From an uncultured Planctomycetales bacterium (GTDB lineage Bacteria > Omnitrophota > Gorgyraeia > Zapsychrales > JANLHA01): a DNA stretch of 64,000 nt. The notes beneath the pieces were generated by a model, which saw only the letters and a program-made list of their open reading frames with translations, had not been told where the DNA came from and made no database searches. Positions 42,473 through 52,906 of the stretch are shown here, piece by piece. Where the stretch lies: assembly GCA_964474085.1 (NCBI GenBank), contig CAYYRJ010000014.1:603-64602 (forward strand). Reading direction: 5' to 3'. The first letter of the stretch is position 1. Each line of letters begins with the position of its first letter. A program made the position numbers and the translations under genes.

Positions 42473-44466
42473 TGAAGAAAATTATTGGAGTGGTTGCTGG
42501 AGTCATTTTAGCGGTTTGTCCGTCAGCTTTTGCAAATCTTAGCATTGATTTGGATACCATTATTGTGACCAATTCACGGATCGGGCAAAAGGATTATAAA
42601 ACACCCAGCAATGTGACTGTGATAAGCCAAGAACAAATTAAAGCGTCTAATGCCAGCAGCGTTGCGGATCTTTTAAAAGCAGCTCAGGGTGTGAATGTTT
42701 ATGATAACAGCACCAGCAAGACGGCCGTGATCGATATTCGTGGCTTTGGGGACACGGCATCCCGTAATATTTTGGTTTTGCTTAACGGACGCAAGGTCAA
42801 CCCGATTGATATTTCCGGTCCGGATTTGGGGCAGATTGCGCTTGGCGCTGTTGAACGCATCGAAATTATCCGTGGGTCTGGTTCTGTGCTTTATGGTGAT
42901 AATGCTGTCGGAGGGGTTGTTAATATTATTACAAAGGAAGGCAAGGGGGATCTTTCCGGGAAGATTAACGGCACTTACGGAAGTTATGCAAGCCGTGCAA
43001 CCAGCGTCGAGTTTTCTGGTAGTTCCAAGAAGGTATCCTATTATATGTATTTAGATTATGACGATCAGCATGGATATCGCAAGAATAGCGATGTTTTAAA
43101 CAAAAATTATAAAACCCGCTTAAGTACCCAAGCTTCGGATTGGCTTAAAGTCGGATTTGATGCAACATGGCATGAGGACGATTACGGTCTTCCCGGGGGG
43201 CTAAACGCCACTGAGCTAGAAAATTTAGGACGCCGGGGCACGCGCAATCCTTCGGATAAAGCTTCTTCCAAAGATAGAGCTATTCAAACAACGTTTCATG
43301 TCAGTCCTTTAAATGAAAATTTTGGGTCTTTGGTTATGGATGTTTCCTATCGGAATCGAGATACGTTTGGGGATTTTCGAAGTCAGGGAATCGCCACCAA
43401 GCGCGACAGCAATACAACGGGTTTTAATGGGAAGTATATTTTTGACAAAATGATTTTTGACCACGAAGTCCATTTTGTCAGCGGGATCGATTATTACAAT
43501 ACCGATCAAGATATTTTGGGCAGCGGTTACAGCAGCGATGATATTACTATTTCAAAAGATGAATATGGGGCGTATATTTCGAGTGAATTTGAGATATGGC
43601 GCCGAGTATTTGTAACGGGCGGCACACGGTATCAAAAAGCCGACTATACTTTTGATCAAAGAAACACACCCAAAAGTTACCAGAAACAGTCGCCGGACAA
43701 GCAAGTCTCCATGGGTGGTTTAAAATACGAGTATGCCAGAGGTTCCAACATCTTTTTCAATGTTGAACAGAGTTTCCGTTTTTTAGCCACCGATGAGTGG
43801 TACAGTATTTATAGCGGATTAAACACGGGGTTAAAACAGCAGACCGGGGTTCAATATGAAGCCGGCGTTAAACATAATTTTAATAATACGGTTGTCGTTC
43901 ACGTCACACCTTATATTATGAAATTAAAAAATGAAATTTTTGTCGATCCCAGGGCTGGAGGGGGTTTTGGGGATAACAGCAATTATGACCGCACCTTAAG
44001 GCGCGGCGTTGAAATAGGGCAGACGACCGATGTTTTAAAGTTTTTTCCGAAATGGGGGCATGTTAATAAAATTGATCTGAGTACCAGTTATAATTATCAG
44101 GACCCTGAGTTTGATGGGGGGGATTTTGATGGCCGCCAAATTCCCATGGTAGCCAAGCATCAGTTTAACACGGTGTTTGCGGTTGGGATAAAGGATCATT
44201 ATAAAGCGTCTTTGATCGGGACCTATGTCGGGGAAAGATTTGCTATTAATGATACAAATAACACAACGCCAGCGCTTAAACATTATTTTACTTTGGACGG
44301 GAAATTGGCGTATAAGTATGAATTTTTAGAAATATTTTTTGGCGTTAATAATATTTTAGGGCAAAAATATTATTCGACCGCCGTAAAATCCACAAGTTCT
44401 GATCGGAAGGATTTTTTTCCCGCGCCGGAGAGAAACTTCAGCTTGGGCGTTGACTTAAAGTTTTGA
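42473..44466 (+). CDS. TonB-dependent outer-membrane receptor (BtuB-like, given upstream B12-box)
   Basis: ATG 42473 after GGAG. Signal MKKIIGVVAGVILAVCPSAFA. TonB box-like DTIIVTNSR. Plug domain ...IEIIRGSGSVLYGDNAVGGVVNIITK... C-terminal beta-barrel ending ...NFSLGVDLKF. Confidence 0.8.
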
Positions 44467-44526
44467 TTAACAAAGTCATGCGATGTCTAGTCAAGACGAC
44501 AGTCGACTGGTATAATCGACGACATT

Positions 44527-46683
44527 ATGTCGGTGTCTTCTAAACAGCGAGTTGGTTTTTTTGGGGTTTTCTTTGGAATAACTCTTGTCCTTTGGGTCTA
44601 TAGTTTCTGGGCTTTTCTTTCGCGGGAAGTCCAACTAATGTCGGACGCAGTTTCATTTTATGAACACCTAAAATTTTATATTGACAGTATTTCCGTCGGT
44701 GTTTATCCCTGGTGGGACCCTTCCTGGAGTTGCGGCTCTCCCAATGAATTTTTTTTACGGCGCATTGGCGCATTTAATCCTTTTCTGTTGCTGATCCTTA
44801 TCCCCTATAAACTGGGCCTAAATTATTGGGCTGCATTTTCTTTTTTTATAACTTTTTATTTCTTTTTGGGAATGTTTGGATTTTATAAGTTGGCCTTAAA
44901 GATTTTAAAGGACAATTCTTTGGCTGTTATTGCTTTTGTTCTTTTAAGTTTTTCATCTTTGAGTACTCGAGTTTTTGACTCGTACATAATGATGATTTTG
45001 ACACCGACCGTATGGTTCTTTTATTTTGGGTTTATCTTTGGGTGTTCTGGTCAAAGGGGCGCTTTGTTGGGGATGGTTTTTTGCACGATGCTTTTAATGA
45101 CGACGTACATTCCGTTTTATTTTATTATTCTTGTTCTTTCGTTTTTGGTATTTTTTGCGCTTATTTATCCTAAAGAAACACTAGGATTTTTTTCGCGCTT
45201 AAAGGATTTTGTCTGGCACAATCCATGGTTATTTTTATTTTGTATTGTTGCTTTGCTGCTTTCGTGCCTGCCGGGGGTAACGTTTTTTAAATCAGCGGCA
45301 GAGGGAACTTTTGCGCTTCCGCTTCGGCACTTTGATGCGACTGATGCGCATATGCTCAGCGTAAAGTCTGATGTAACTTCCTATTGGGCGATCCCCGAAG
45401 AGCTTATGTATTCGTCTTTTTATTTTTCAGATTTACGTCTATTTGATTTTGCTGTTTTTTACATTCCTGTATTTGGAGGGATTGTTTTACTTTTAGGCCT
45501 TGTGGCTGCAGTTAATCGAAAGATTTTGATGTTTTTTCTTTGGGGGTTTTTTCTTTTTGCGCTTGGGTCGCCGTACTTGTTTGCGCTTTATAGTTTTTTA
45601 CAGAAAAATGTTTTCTTTTTTAAATATTTTCGCAACTTGCATTTCTTTCTTTGGCTTGCAATCCTGCCTATAGCGATTCTTTTTATTGTTGAACAATTGC
45701 GGGTATTTTTAAGAATGATCGACGAGAATCCGCAACGCAAGTGGCTATTTTTTATTTATATTATTTTTGTACATGCAGCGGCGGGCGCTTTTTTTTATTG
45801 GCAGAGAAGTTTTAATTTTTCGACATGGATCAGTTTAGTTTTGAGTTTATTGTTTTTTATCGTTTATTTGTCCAGGAGATTGTCGGCGCGGATTTTGTGC
45901 GGACTTTGTTTTTTGGCGATTGTTATTCAGCCGCTTGAAGCCTACAAAAACTTGCAAAGCAATGCTTATAAAACGATAGCGCTATTGTCTTATGACAAAT
46001 TTCCGTCGCAGTTTGAATATGTCCGAGGAGAAAGAAAGATAGTAGATGCTGGTCTTGCCGGTCAAACGCCAGCGGCTGTTGTGAAAAGTAACCCCATATA
46101 TTTTGGAACACAGTGGTATAACTTGTTGTGGAACAATATCGATTCAGCGATTGTCGAAAATTATACGCTGGGAAAATTTATCCTCTATGATCGCGTTTCT
46201 GTTTTTGATGAAAAAAAAGAGAACTTCCAAATCATTGCCCAGGCATTGGCCCGGAATTTGAATGTCGCTTTTGTTCCTGTTGAGACATCCCCAGAAGAGC
46301 TAAAGATTTCGAATGCCGCTTCTGCGGCGAATGCTTTGATTATTGAAAAGGACAATTTGCAGTTCTCTGTCCTTGACTTTAACGCTAACAGGGTCAAATT
46401 AAGAACAAATTTCTCGACGAGAAAATTTTTAGTATTTAACGATTGCTATTATCCGGGTTGGCGTGTGTTTATAAACAAAAAAGAAGCAACGCTGTTAAGG
46501 GCGAATATCGCTTTTAAAGGGGTTTGGGTGCAATCCGGACAACAAGAGATTGAATTTGTTTTTGGGAACGCCTGGCGTTTTAAGTTTGAACCTTTATTAG
46601 GTATTTTTTATCTTTCGTTTTTATTCCTAACGTTTTTCTTCTGGAAAAAAGATCAGAGCTGCGACGGGGTCAGGAATGTTTAA
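44527..46683 (+). CDS. Large polytopic membrane protein (about 13 TM plus C-terminal soluble domain), YfhO/GT-C-like
   Basis: 718 aa. Extensive hydrophobic N-terminal two-thirds. C-terminal ...DCYYPGWRVFINKKEATLLRANIAFKGVWV... 8-nt overlap with the next gene. Confidence 0.4.
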   Translation: MSVSSKQRVGFFGVFFGITLVLWVYSFWAFLSREVQLMSDAVSFYEHLKFYIDSISVGVYPWWDPSWSCGSPNEFFLRRIGAFNPFLLLILIPYKLGLNYWAAFSFFITFYFFLGMFGFYKLALKILKDNSLAVIAFVLLSFSSLSTRVFDSYIMMILTPTVWFFYFGFIFGCSGQRGALLGMVFCTMLLMTTYIPFYFIILVLSFLVFFALIYPKETLGFFSRLKDFVWHNPWLFLFCIVALLLSCLPGVTFFKSAAEGTFALPLRHFDATDAHMLSVKSDVTSYWAIPEELMYSSFYFSDLRLFDFAVFYIPVFGGIVLLLGLVAAVNRKILMFFLWGFFLFALGSPYLFALYSFLQKNVFFFKYFRNLHFFLWLAILPIAILFIVEQLRVFLRMIDENPQRKWLFFIYIIFVHAAAGAFFYWQRSFNFSTWISLVLSLLFFIVYLSRRLSARILCGLCFLAIVIQPLEAYKNLQSNAYKTIALLSYDKFPSQFEYVRGERKIVDAGLAGQTPAAVVKSNPIYFGTQWYNLLWNNIDSAIVENYTLGKFILYDRVSVFDEKKENFQIIAQALARNLNVAFVPVETSPEELKISNAASAANALIIEKDNLQFSVLDFNANRVKLRTNFSTRKFLVFNDCYYPGWRVFINKKEATLLRANIAFKGVWVQSGQQEIEFVFGNAWRFKFEPLLGIFYLSFLFLTFFFWKKDQSCDGVRNV

Positions 46684-47590
46684 TCGATTGAAATGTTTAT
46701 GCTGTCCGGTAGTCTTTCTTTATATTTTGGCGGCTGGGGTTATTTTTTTCTTTTCTAATCGCGAGCGTGCGTGGAGCCATGCGGCGACAAGTACATTAAG
46801 CCGGTATATGCCGACACCTAAATATTGGACTGATTTTAAACAAGAGCGGCATAACCTTGAAATTAAAAAAATCGAAGAATTTGGTCGATATTACCGTAAG
46901 GTTTCGCAGTTTATGCCTTTTTTGGCAGAGGCGCATGCGATGTCTGGTTTTTGTTATTTCTACGACGGGGAAATTGAACAAGCACAGAGATCTTATCAAA
47001 AGGCTGTGGATGTTTATCCGAAAGTTTTTAATTTTCATTATAATTTGGGTCTGATTGCATTAAAACGCAACGATCTTGCTAGTGCTTTAGAACATTTTAA
47101 AAAGAGTGTTGCCGTCGCCCCTCTTGAAAATATCCAGTTTATTATTGTCTCGCGTATTTATCAGCCTTTTTTGCCATTTGCGCATCAACCGCAAGCTTTG
47201 GCTCAAGCCATGGGGGAGCATACGAAAGAATTCTATCGGCAGGCATATTTGCGGATTTTAGAAATTTCTCAGACAACGCATGATTATCAAACGATGTTAA
47301 CGTATAGCCGGCTTGCTATGGCCAGCGGCGTGTTAGAGAAATCGACGGCTTATTTTTATGCTGGATGTGCGGCGTATGAACTAAAAGAGTATCAGGACGC
47401 GGGAGCATTTCTGCAAGAGGCGGTCAAACAGGGATTTTATTATGCCCAAAGTTTTCAAATGATCGGTTTGTGTTTAGAGGCTTTGGACAAACCTGAAAGC
47501 CGCTCGGCGCTTGCGGCTGCGTCGAGCTTGATCAAAGATGGAAAAATATTTGCGCCGGAAGAATTAAAAGACGATCTTTTGGTCTACTAA
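46676..47590 (+). CDS. TPR-repeat protein with N-terminal membrane anchor
   Basis: MFNRLKCLCCPVVFLYILAAGVIFFF. TPR-like AEAHAMSGFCYFYDGEIEQAQRSYQKAVDVYPKVFNFHYNLGLIALKRNDLASALEHFKKSV. Confidence 0.55.
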   Translation: MFNRLKCLCCPVVFLYILAAGVIFFFSNRERAWSHAATSTLSRYMPTPKYWTDFKQERHNLEIKKIEEFGRYYRKVSQFMPFLAEAHAMSGFCYFYDGEIEQAQRSYQKAVDVYPKVFNFHYNLGLIALKRNDLASALEHFKKSVAVAPLENIQFIIVSRIYQPFLPFAHQPQALAQAMGEHTKEFYRQAYLRILEISQTTHDYQTMLTYSRLAMASGVLEKSTAYFYAGCAAYELKEYQDAGAFLQEAVKQGFYYAQSFQMIGLCLEALDKPESRSALAAASSLIKDGKIFAPEELKDDLLVY

Positions 47591-47609
47591 ATTTTAATGT
47601 AAATCCGGG

Positions 47610-48695
47610 TTAATCGTCGTCGGGCATGGCTTTAAATTGCGTCCAAATTGGCCGGTTGGCAGCTCCGGAAGATTTTTGTCTTGAGGAAAATTTGTCTTCA
47701 GGAATGTTTATGATGCCGGATTTTCCGTTAAATTCAATCAGGTCATTTTTCTTAAACCAAAAATTCCCAACCAGTTGTGATTCATTTTTTTCGACAGATG
47801 CCGCACGCGCAAAGGTAGGCAATAGTGAGTCGCTGTCCCAACTTAGGGATTGTGATTGAAATGTAAAATTGCCGAATATCAGGATATCCTTAATACTTGA
47901 ATTCTCACTTTTGATCGTTTCGTAAATGTTTTCTAACGGTTCAATTGAGGTTAACGCAAAGCCTTCGGCAGAGCTAGGGAAGGTTGCTACAATAAAATCA
48001 AAATCCCCAACTTTAAAGGCTTTATAATACGGCGGCGCAGAAAAGAAATTTTCGCCGGAATACATTTCCCCTCGTTTAAGAGATTGGACCCTGTCGTTTC
48101 GGTAAAGATAGCTAATGATCGTTTTATCGACGTTGGAAGGATCGCTGGATTCAAACGATGCATCGTAGCGCAAAATCTTTAGCAGGGTTGTTATTTTGGG
48201 TAAAAATTTTTGATTTGAAAGCCCGGTGATGCTTGACAAATCGCAGAATCTGAAAATATTGGCCAAGTGAACCAGTTCTTTGTCTGCAAGCGCATTGTTT
48301 AATAGAAAGTCAGCATTAAAAGCACAGACAGTGATTTCGTCGGGTTGATGGCGGATCATTTCTGGCGGAAGTTCTTGTTCGAGCGTTTGGGGGCTGTAAA
48401 TCAAATCGTCAAAGGTGCGCGTTTCAACTTTAGTTTCCAGGGATGCGTCTTTATTTTTTTGGGGGTGGGATTTCTTCCATTCTGCTATTTTTTCTTTTAA
48501 GTCGTCACCAAAATTTTTAGAGAATTTTTCCGACTTTTTTAGAAAATTATTAAATTTCCTGATTTCCTGTCGGTGTGTGCGTTGAAAATCCTTATTATTA
48601 TAGAGAAGATATCCTGCACCTGCGATGACAGCTAGGCAGAATATGAACCACAAAAAAGCATTGCCGCGTGTGTTGTTTATTTTAATGAGAGCCAT
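47610..48695 (-). CDS. Membrane-anchored hypothetical protein, possibly endonuclease/exonuclease/phosphatase (EEP) family
   Basis: N-terminal TM FLWFIFCLAVIAGAGYLLY. ITVCAFNADFL near the start and ...ANRPIWTQF near the C-terminus resemble the EEP SDHRP motif. Confidence 0.35.
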   Translation of the reverse strand: MALIKINNTRGNAFLWFIFCLAVIAGAGYLLYNNKDFQRTHRQEIRKFNNFLKKSEKFSKNFGDDLKEKIAEWKKSHPQKNKDASLETKVETRTFDDLIYSPQTLEQELPPEMIRHQPDEITVCAFNADFLLNNALADKELVHLANIFRFCDLSSITGLSNQKFLPKITTLLKILRYDASFESSDPSNVDKTIISYLYRNDRVQSLKRGEMYSGENFFSAPPYYKAFKVGDFDFIVATFPSSAEGFALTSIEPLENIYETIKSENSSIKDILIFGNFTFQSQSLSWDSDSLLPTFARAASVEKNESQLVGNFWFKKNDLIEFNGKSGIINIPEDKFSSRQKSSGAANRPIWTQFKAMPDDD

Positions 48696-48789
48696 GATTA
48701 ATCTGACGGTGGATAAATTTTTGAAATTTATTATAGCATCAGCTTAAATCAAAAATAGACTTTTTGAAAAAGAATAGCAACGAGGCGAG

Positions 48790-50328
48790 TTATTCAGTCG
48801 CCCACCAGCTTCGGTCCAAGCTCCGATAGCCGATCGCCTCGGCGATGTGTTGCGGTAAAATTTCATCTTTCCCCTCGAGGTCAACGATCGTGCGGGCGAC
48901 TTTGAGGATTTTGTCATGCGCCCGGGCAGAAAGTTTAAGCTCGTCAATGGCGGTTTTAAGAAGCTCTTGGCTGTCTTTATTCAAAGGACAAAATTCTTTG
49001 ATCTGTTTTTGATTCATTTGCGCGTTGGCAAAAATCCCGGAATTTTTAAAACGTTCCTGTTGAATCCCGCGCGCCGACATCGTGCGTTTTTTGATTTCTG
49101 ACGATGTTTCGGCGATATGATGTTGCATTAATTCCAAAGGTTTAAGCGCCGGAACTTCAAGATGAATATCAATGCGGTCTAAGAGCGGTCCGGAAATTTT
49201 TCCTAAATATCTTGCGACTTGCTGCGGCGAGCACTGGCATTTGCGCCGTGTGTCCGTCAGATAGCCGCATGGGCAAGGGTTCATACTGGCAACCAACATA
49301 AATTTTGCCGGAAAACGTGCGCTGCGGTTGGCTCGTGAAACTGTGACGCAATGGTCCTCCAGAGGCTGGCGTAACGACTCAATGACGTTTCGGCTAAATT
49401 CGGGTAATTCATCCAAAAAAAGGACTCCGTGATGGCTTAATGTGATTTCCCCGGGCTTGGGGACCGACCCGCCACCGACGAGCGCGACATCGGATGATGT
49501 GTGATGCGGCGAGCGAAACGGTCGTGTGGTGAGTAAACTGACCTGCGGCGCAATAAGGCCCATGACCGAGTGGATTTTTGTGATCTCGAGTGCTTCTTCT
49601 AATGTGATGTCCGGCAAAATGGTTGGAATGCGTTTGGCGAGCATGGTTTTGCCACTGCCCGGTGGGCCAATCAGAAGACAATTATGACCTCCGGCGGATG
49701 CGACTTCGATGCCACGCTTGACATGCGCTTGGCCTTTGACGTCGCTAAAATCAATCAGATAATTGTTCGTTTTTTTAAAAAGAGAAGATGTTTCGACTTT
49801 AAATGGTTCAACAATATCGGGTTGAGCAAGAAAAGCAATGACGTCTTTGAGCGTTTGCATCGGGTAAACGTCAATCGACTGGGTAACCGCCGCTTGCGGC
49901 GCATTGGCGCGCGGTAAAATCAGGCCTTTAAATTTATCTGGCGCAATACTTAAGGCCACCGACAAAGACCCGGTGACCGGCATGATTTTTCCGTCGAGAG
50001 AGAGTTCGCCTAAGATGACGTATTGCGAAAGATTGTTCGTTTCGATTTGTCCGGTTGCGCTCAAATATCCAAGCGCGATGGCCAGATCAAACGATGGCCC
50101 TTCTTTGGGAATATTTGCCGGCGAAAGATTAATGGTGACCCGCTGGGGTTTATAGTGATAGCCGCTGTTTCGAATAGCGGCGCGTACGCGCTCTTTACTT
50201 TCTTTGACCGCATTGTCCGGAAGGCCGACGATAACTGTCCCGGGCAAACCCGCGGAAACATCGACTTCAATGGTGATCGGATACGCATCCAACGAGGAGA
50301 TGCCGCAGCTATAGACTTTAGCTAACAC
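48790..50328 (-). CDS. yifB: Mg-chelatase-like AAA+ ATPase YifB/ComM
   Basis: MLAKVYSCGISSLDAYPITIEVDVSAGLPGTVIVGLPDNAVKESKERVRAAIRNSGY. Walker A LLIGPPGSGKTMLAKR. C-terminal ...ARAHDKILKVARTIVDLEG... Confidence 0.85.
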   Translation of the reverse strand: MLAKVYSCGISSLDAYPITIEVDVSAGLPGTVIVGLPDNAVKESKERVRAAIRNSGYHYKPQRVTINLSPANIPKEGPSFDLAIALGYLSATGQIETNNLSQYVILGELSLDGKIMPVTGSLSVALSIAPDKFKGLILPRANAPQAAVTQSIDVYPMQTLKDVIAFLAQPDIVEPFKVETSSLFKKTNNYLIDFSDVKGQAHVKRGIEVASAGGHNCLLIGPPGSGKTMLAKRIPTILPDITLEEALEITKIHSVMGLIAPQVSLLTTRPFRSPHHTSSDVALVGGGSVPKPGEITLSHHGVLFLDELPEFSRNVIESLRQPLEDHCVTVSRANRSARFPAKFMLVASMNPCPCGYLTDTRRKCQCSPQQVARYLGKISGPLLDRIDIHLEVPALKPLELMQHHIAETSSEIKKRTMSARGIQQERFKNSGIFANAQMNQKQIKEFCPLNKDSQELLKTAIDELKLSARAHDKILKVARTIVDLEGKDEILPQHIAEAIGYRSLDRSWWATE

Positions 50329-50387
50329 GAAGTTCTCTAGATTTGAGGGGGTAAGTTATGGGGAATTTCTTTTGGGAACGGTTAATG

Positions 50388-51422
50388 CTAACACAAACCC
50401 GAAGAATTTTCCAAAACAATTTGCTTTAAACATTCGATCCACGTTGGCGAGGTGTTTAAGCTTTCGACTAATTGCCAACGCTCTCCGCCGAGTTTTTTGA
50501 ACAGATGCTGGTACTCCATGCCAATTTCGACGGTTGTTTCCAAGCAATCGGCGACGAAAGCTGGAGAAAAGACGAGCACATTTTTTATCCCGCGCTGGAT
50601 AAGATCCGCAATAACCTGGTCGGTGTAAGGCTTGATCCACGGGTCTTTGCCTAAACGCGATTGGAAACACAAGGTATACTGGTTTTCTTTTAAGCCTAAT
50701 TCTTTGGTTAAAAGACGAGTTGTGGCAAAACATTGGGCACGGTAGCAATACTGATTTTTGGCGTGATAGTTTTTGCAGCAATCGCCCAAACGGCAATGCC
50801 CCTCAAAGGAGGCTTTTAAAATTTGACGCTCGGGCAGCCCGTGATAGCTAAAAAGAAAATGGTCGTATTGGGCTTGTGCCATATATTTTTGACCAAGCGC
50901 GACGAAAGCTTTAATAAAAAGCGGATGCTCAAAAAATTGGCTGATGATTTTTAAAGTCGGGATCGTTTCCCAGCTTTTGATTTCGTCCATTAATTTTTCG
51001 TGTGTGGAACCGGTCGAGGCGGATGCGTACTGCGGGTACATGGGGATCACAATGATTTCTTTGAGGCCTGCGGTTTTAAATTGCTCCAGCGCAGAACGTA
51101 AACTGGGATTTTGATAGCGCATTCCTAAAACGACTTTGTAATCTGGGCCTAAAGCTTTTTGTAAAAGTTCGGCGACTTGATAGCCATAAATTTTAAGCGG
51201 CGAGCCGTCTTTGGTCCAAAGCTGCTGATAAGCCTTGGCTGATTGCGGTGCGCGAAAAGGCGCGATAATCAGGTTGACTAAGGCAAAACGCTGCAAAAAA
51301 GGAATATCAATCACGCGGCCATCCATGAGAAATTCCCGCAGATAACGGGCTACGTGTGAAACGCTTGCGCTGTCGGGCGTGCCCAAATTTAATAAGAGAA
51401 CACCGGTTGAAGGTTTTAGCAT
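50388..51422 (-). CDS. hemH: Ferrochelatase
   Basis: VLLLNLGTPDSASVSHVARYLREFLMDGRVIDIP...YQNPSL...FSYHGLPE... typical HemH. Confidence 0.85.
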   Translation of the reverse strand: MLKPSTGVLLLNLGTPDSASVSHVARYLREFLMDGRVIDIPFLQRFALVNLIIAPFRAPQSAKAYQQLWTKDGSPLKIYGYQVAELLQKALGPDYKVVLGMRYQNPSLRSALEQFKTAGLKEIIVIPMYPQYASASTGSTHEKLMDEIKSWETIPTLKIISQFFEHPLFIKAFVALGQKYMAQAQYDHFLFSYHGLPERQILKASFEGHCRLGDCCKNYHAKNQYCYRAQCFATTRLLTKELGLKENQYTLCFQSRLGKDPWIKPYTDQVIADLIQRGIKNVLVFSPAFVADCLETTVEIGMEYQHLFKKLGGERWQLVESLNTSPTWIECLKQIVLENSSGLC

Positions 51423-51639
51423 AGGGATGCATTTTATACTAATTTTTAGGATTTTCGAGGGAAAATCTTGCTTTTAGAGGCCATAAAAACTATAATGTCC
51501 CAGTCTTTTGATAATAGCAGTTAACTAAAAGGGGTTTGCGCTGGTCAATTTTACTTCACAAAATGATTTAGCAACGCCGGTTGGCCATAAAATTCTTTTT
51601 ATAACGCTTCTGGTTTGGGGCATTGCGCAATCGATTAAA

Positions 51640-52020
51640 GTGGTTTTGGGCGTTATTGTGGAGCGGCGGTTTAATTTTCGCTGGTTTATCGGCACTGGCG
51701 GTATGCCTTCAAGTCATGCCGCTGGCGTTGTGGCTTTGGCGACACTTTGCGGCTTGTGTGTCGGGTTTCAATCAATTGCGTTTGCGTTGGCTACGGTTTT
51801 TGCTTTGATTACGATGTTTGACGCCCAAGGGGTCCGTCGGGCAACCGGCCAGCAAGCCGAGGTGCTTAACAAAATTGTCGATGACATTTATCGTCATGGG
51901 AATATTGAAATTAATCGGTTAAAGGAGCTTATTGGACACACGCCGTTTCAGGTTTTTGTCGGCGCTTTGATCGGGTTTTTGTTGGCGGGAATTTTTTATA
52001 ATTTATGGATTAAACCATGA
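51640..52020 (+). CDS. DUF212 / divergent PAP2 (YuiD-like) membrane protein. True N-terminus probably about 25-30 codons upstream, see findings.
   Basis: TGGMPSSHAAGVVALAT...ITMFDAQGVRRATGQQAEVLNKIV...GHTPFQVFVGALIG matches the YuiD/DUF212 GGMPSSHSA...MFDATGVRR pattern. Confidence 0.7.
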   Translation: MVLGVIVERRFNFRWFIGTGGMPSSHAAGVVALATLCGLCVGFQSIAFALATVFALITMFDAQGVRRATGQQAEVLNKIVDDIYRHGNIEINRLKELIGHTPFQVFVGALIGFLLAGIFYNLWIKP

Positions 52021-52060
52021 GATCGTTAAGCTTTTTGTGCCTGCCCTAAGGAGGTCGGAC

Positions 52061-52882
52061 GTGAATAAAAAAATCGTGATTGGGGTTGTTGGGCTTGTCG
52101 TTGTTGGGCTAGCTTTTGTTTTATGGCCCAAAGGTCAAGGCGGGCAAACGCAGGTTTTAAGTGCTGCGACAAATACTAAAGAAGCCAAAGAACTTTATGC
52201 TCAAGCGGTTAAGCTGCGCCAGAGCAATGAGCCGATTCGGGCTAAGGCGGTTTATCAGGAAATCATCAAAAATTATCCCGACCTTGAAAATATCGCGGCA
52301 ATCCAGCAGGAATCTGAAGCGGTGAATTTGCAACTTTTGTTTTCGCGTATCGAGGTTCCCGGAAAAACAGTTATTCATGAAGTCGCCCCGGGCGATAGTT
52401 TGGCCAAAATTGCCAAAAAATACAATACAACCGTTGATTTTATCCGCCGCAGCAATAATTTAAGCGGAGACATGGTCCGCTTAGGCGACAAGTTGCGGAT
52501 TTGGACGGCCAAGTTTAATGTGTTTGTCGATAAGTCGCAAAATATTTTGATTTTCAAAGACGGCAATGAAGTGGTCAAAGTTTATAGCGTTTCGACCGGC
52601 GCCAACAACAGCACGCCTGTTGGGACATTTAAGATCACAACCAAGTTAGAAAATCCGGTCTGGTTTAATAAAGGGATTGTTGTCCCGCCGGAAAGTCCGC
52701 AAAATGTTTTGGGCACACGCTGGATGGGTTTTGATATTCCCGGCTACGGCATACACGGGACGGTTGAGCCTAATAATATCGGCAAGCAGGTGACCGCCGG
52801 CTGTGTGCGCATGATCAATGAACAGGTCGAGGAGCTTTATAGTATTTTGCCGGTTGGGACCGAAGTTGTGATTGTGGATTAA
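52061..52882 (+). CDS. LysM-domain L,D-transpeptidase (YkuD family)
   Basis: GTG 52061 after TAAGGAGGT. LysM GDSLAKIAKKYNTTVDFIRRSNNLSGDMVRLGDKLRI. Catalytic ...GYGIHGTVEP...TAGCVRM (HGT...C motif). Confidence 0.8.
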   Translation: MNKKIVIGVVGLVVVGLAFVLWPKGQGGQTQVLSAATNTKEAKELYAQAVKLRQSNEPIRAKAVYQEIIKNYPDLENIAAIQQESEAVNLQLLFSRIEVPGKTVIHEVAPGDSLAKIAKKYNTTVDFIRRSNNLSGDMVRLGDKLRIWTAKFNVFVDKSQNILIFKDGNEVVKVYSVSTGANNSTPVGTFKITTKLENPVWFNKGIVVPPESPQNVLGTRWMGFDIPGYGIHGTVEPNNIGKQVTAGCVRMINEQVEELYSILPVGTEVVIVD

Positions 52883-52906
52883 TCTTTTAAATTTTTAGGT
52901 GAGATA

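Noticed and set aside
42740-43054. 104-aa + strand ORF inside the TonB-dependent receptor gene
   Set aside because: Alternative frame of a gene with clear plug and barrel homology. No independent signals.
44540-44773. 77-aa minus-strand ORF at the 5' end of the YfhO-like gene
   Set aside because: Basic and low-complexity. Antisense to a long hydrophobic ORF with proper start context.
51623-51808. 61-aa + strand ORF (MRNRLKWFWALLW...) overlapping the DUF212 gene in another frame
   Set aside because: It overlaps a well-supported homologous frame, so it is a frame artefact.
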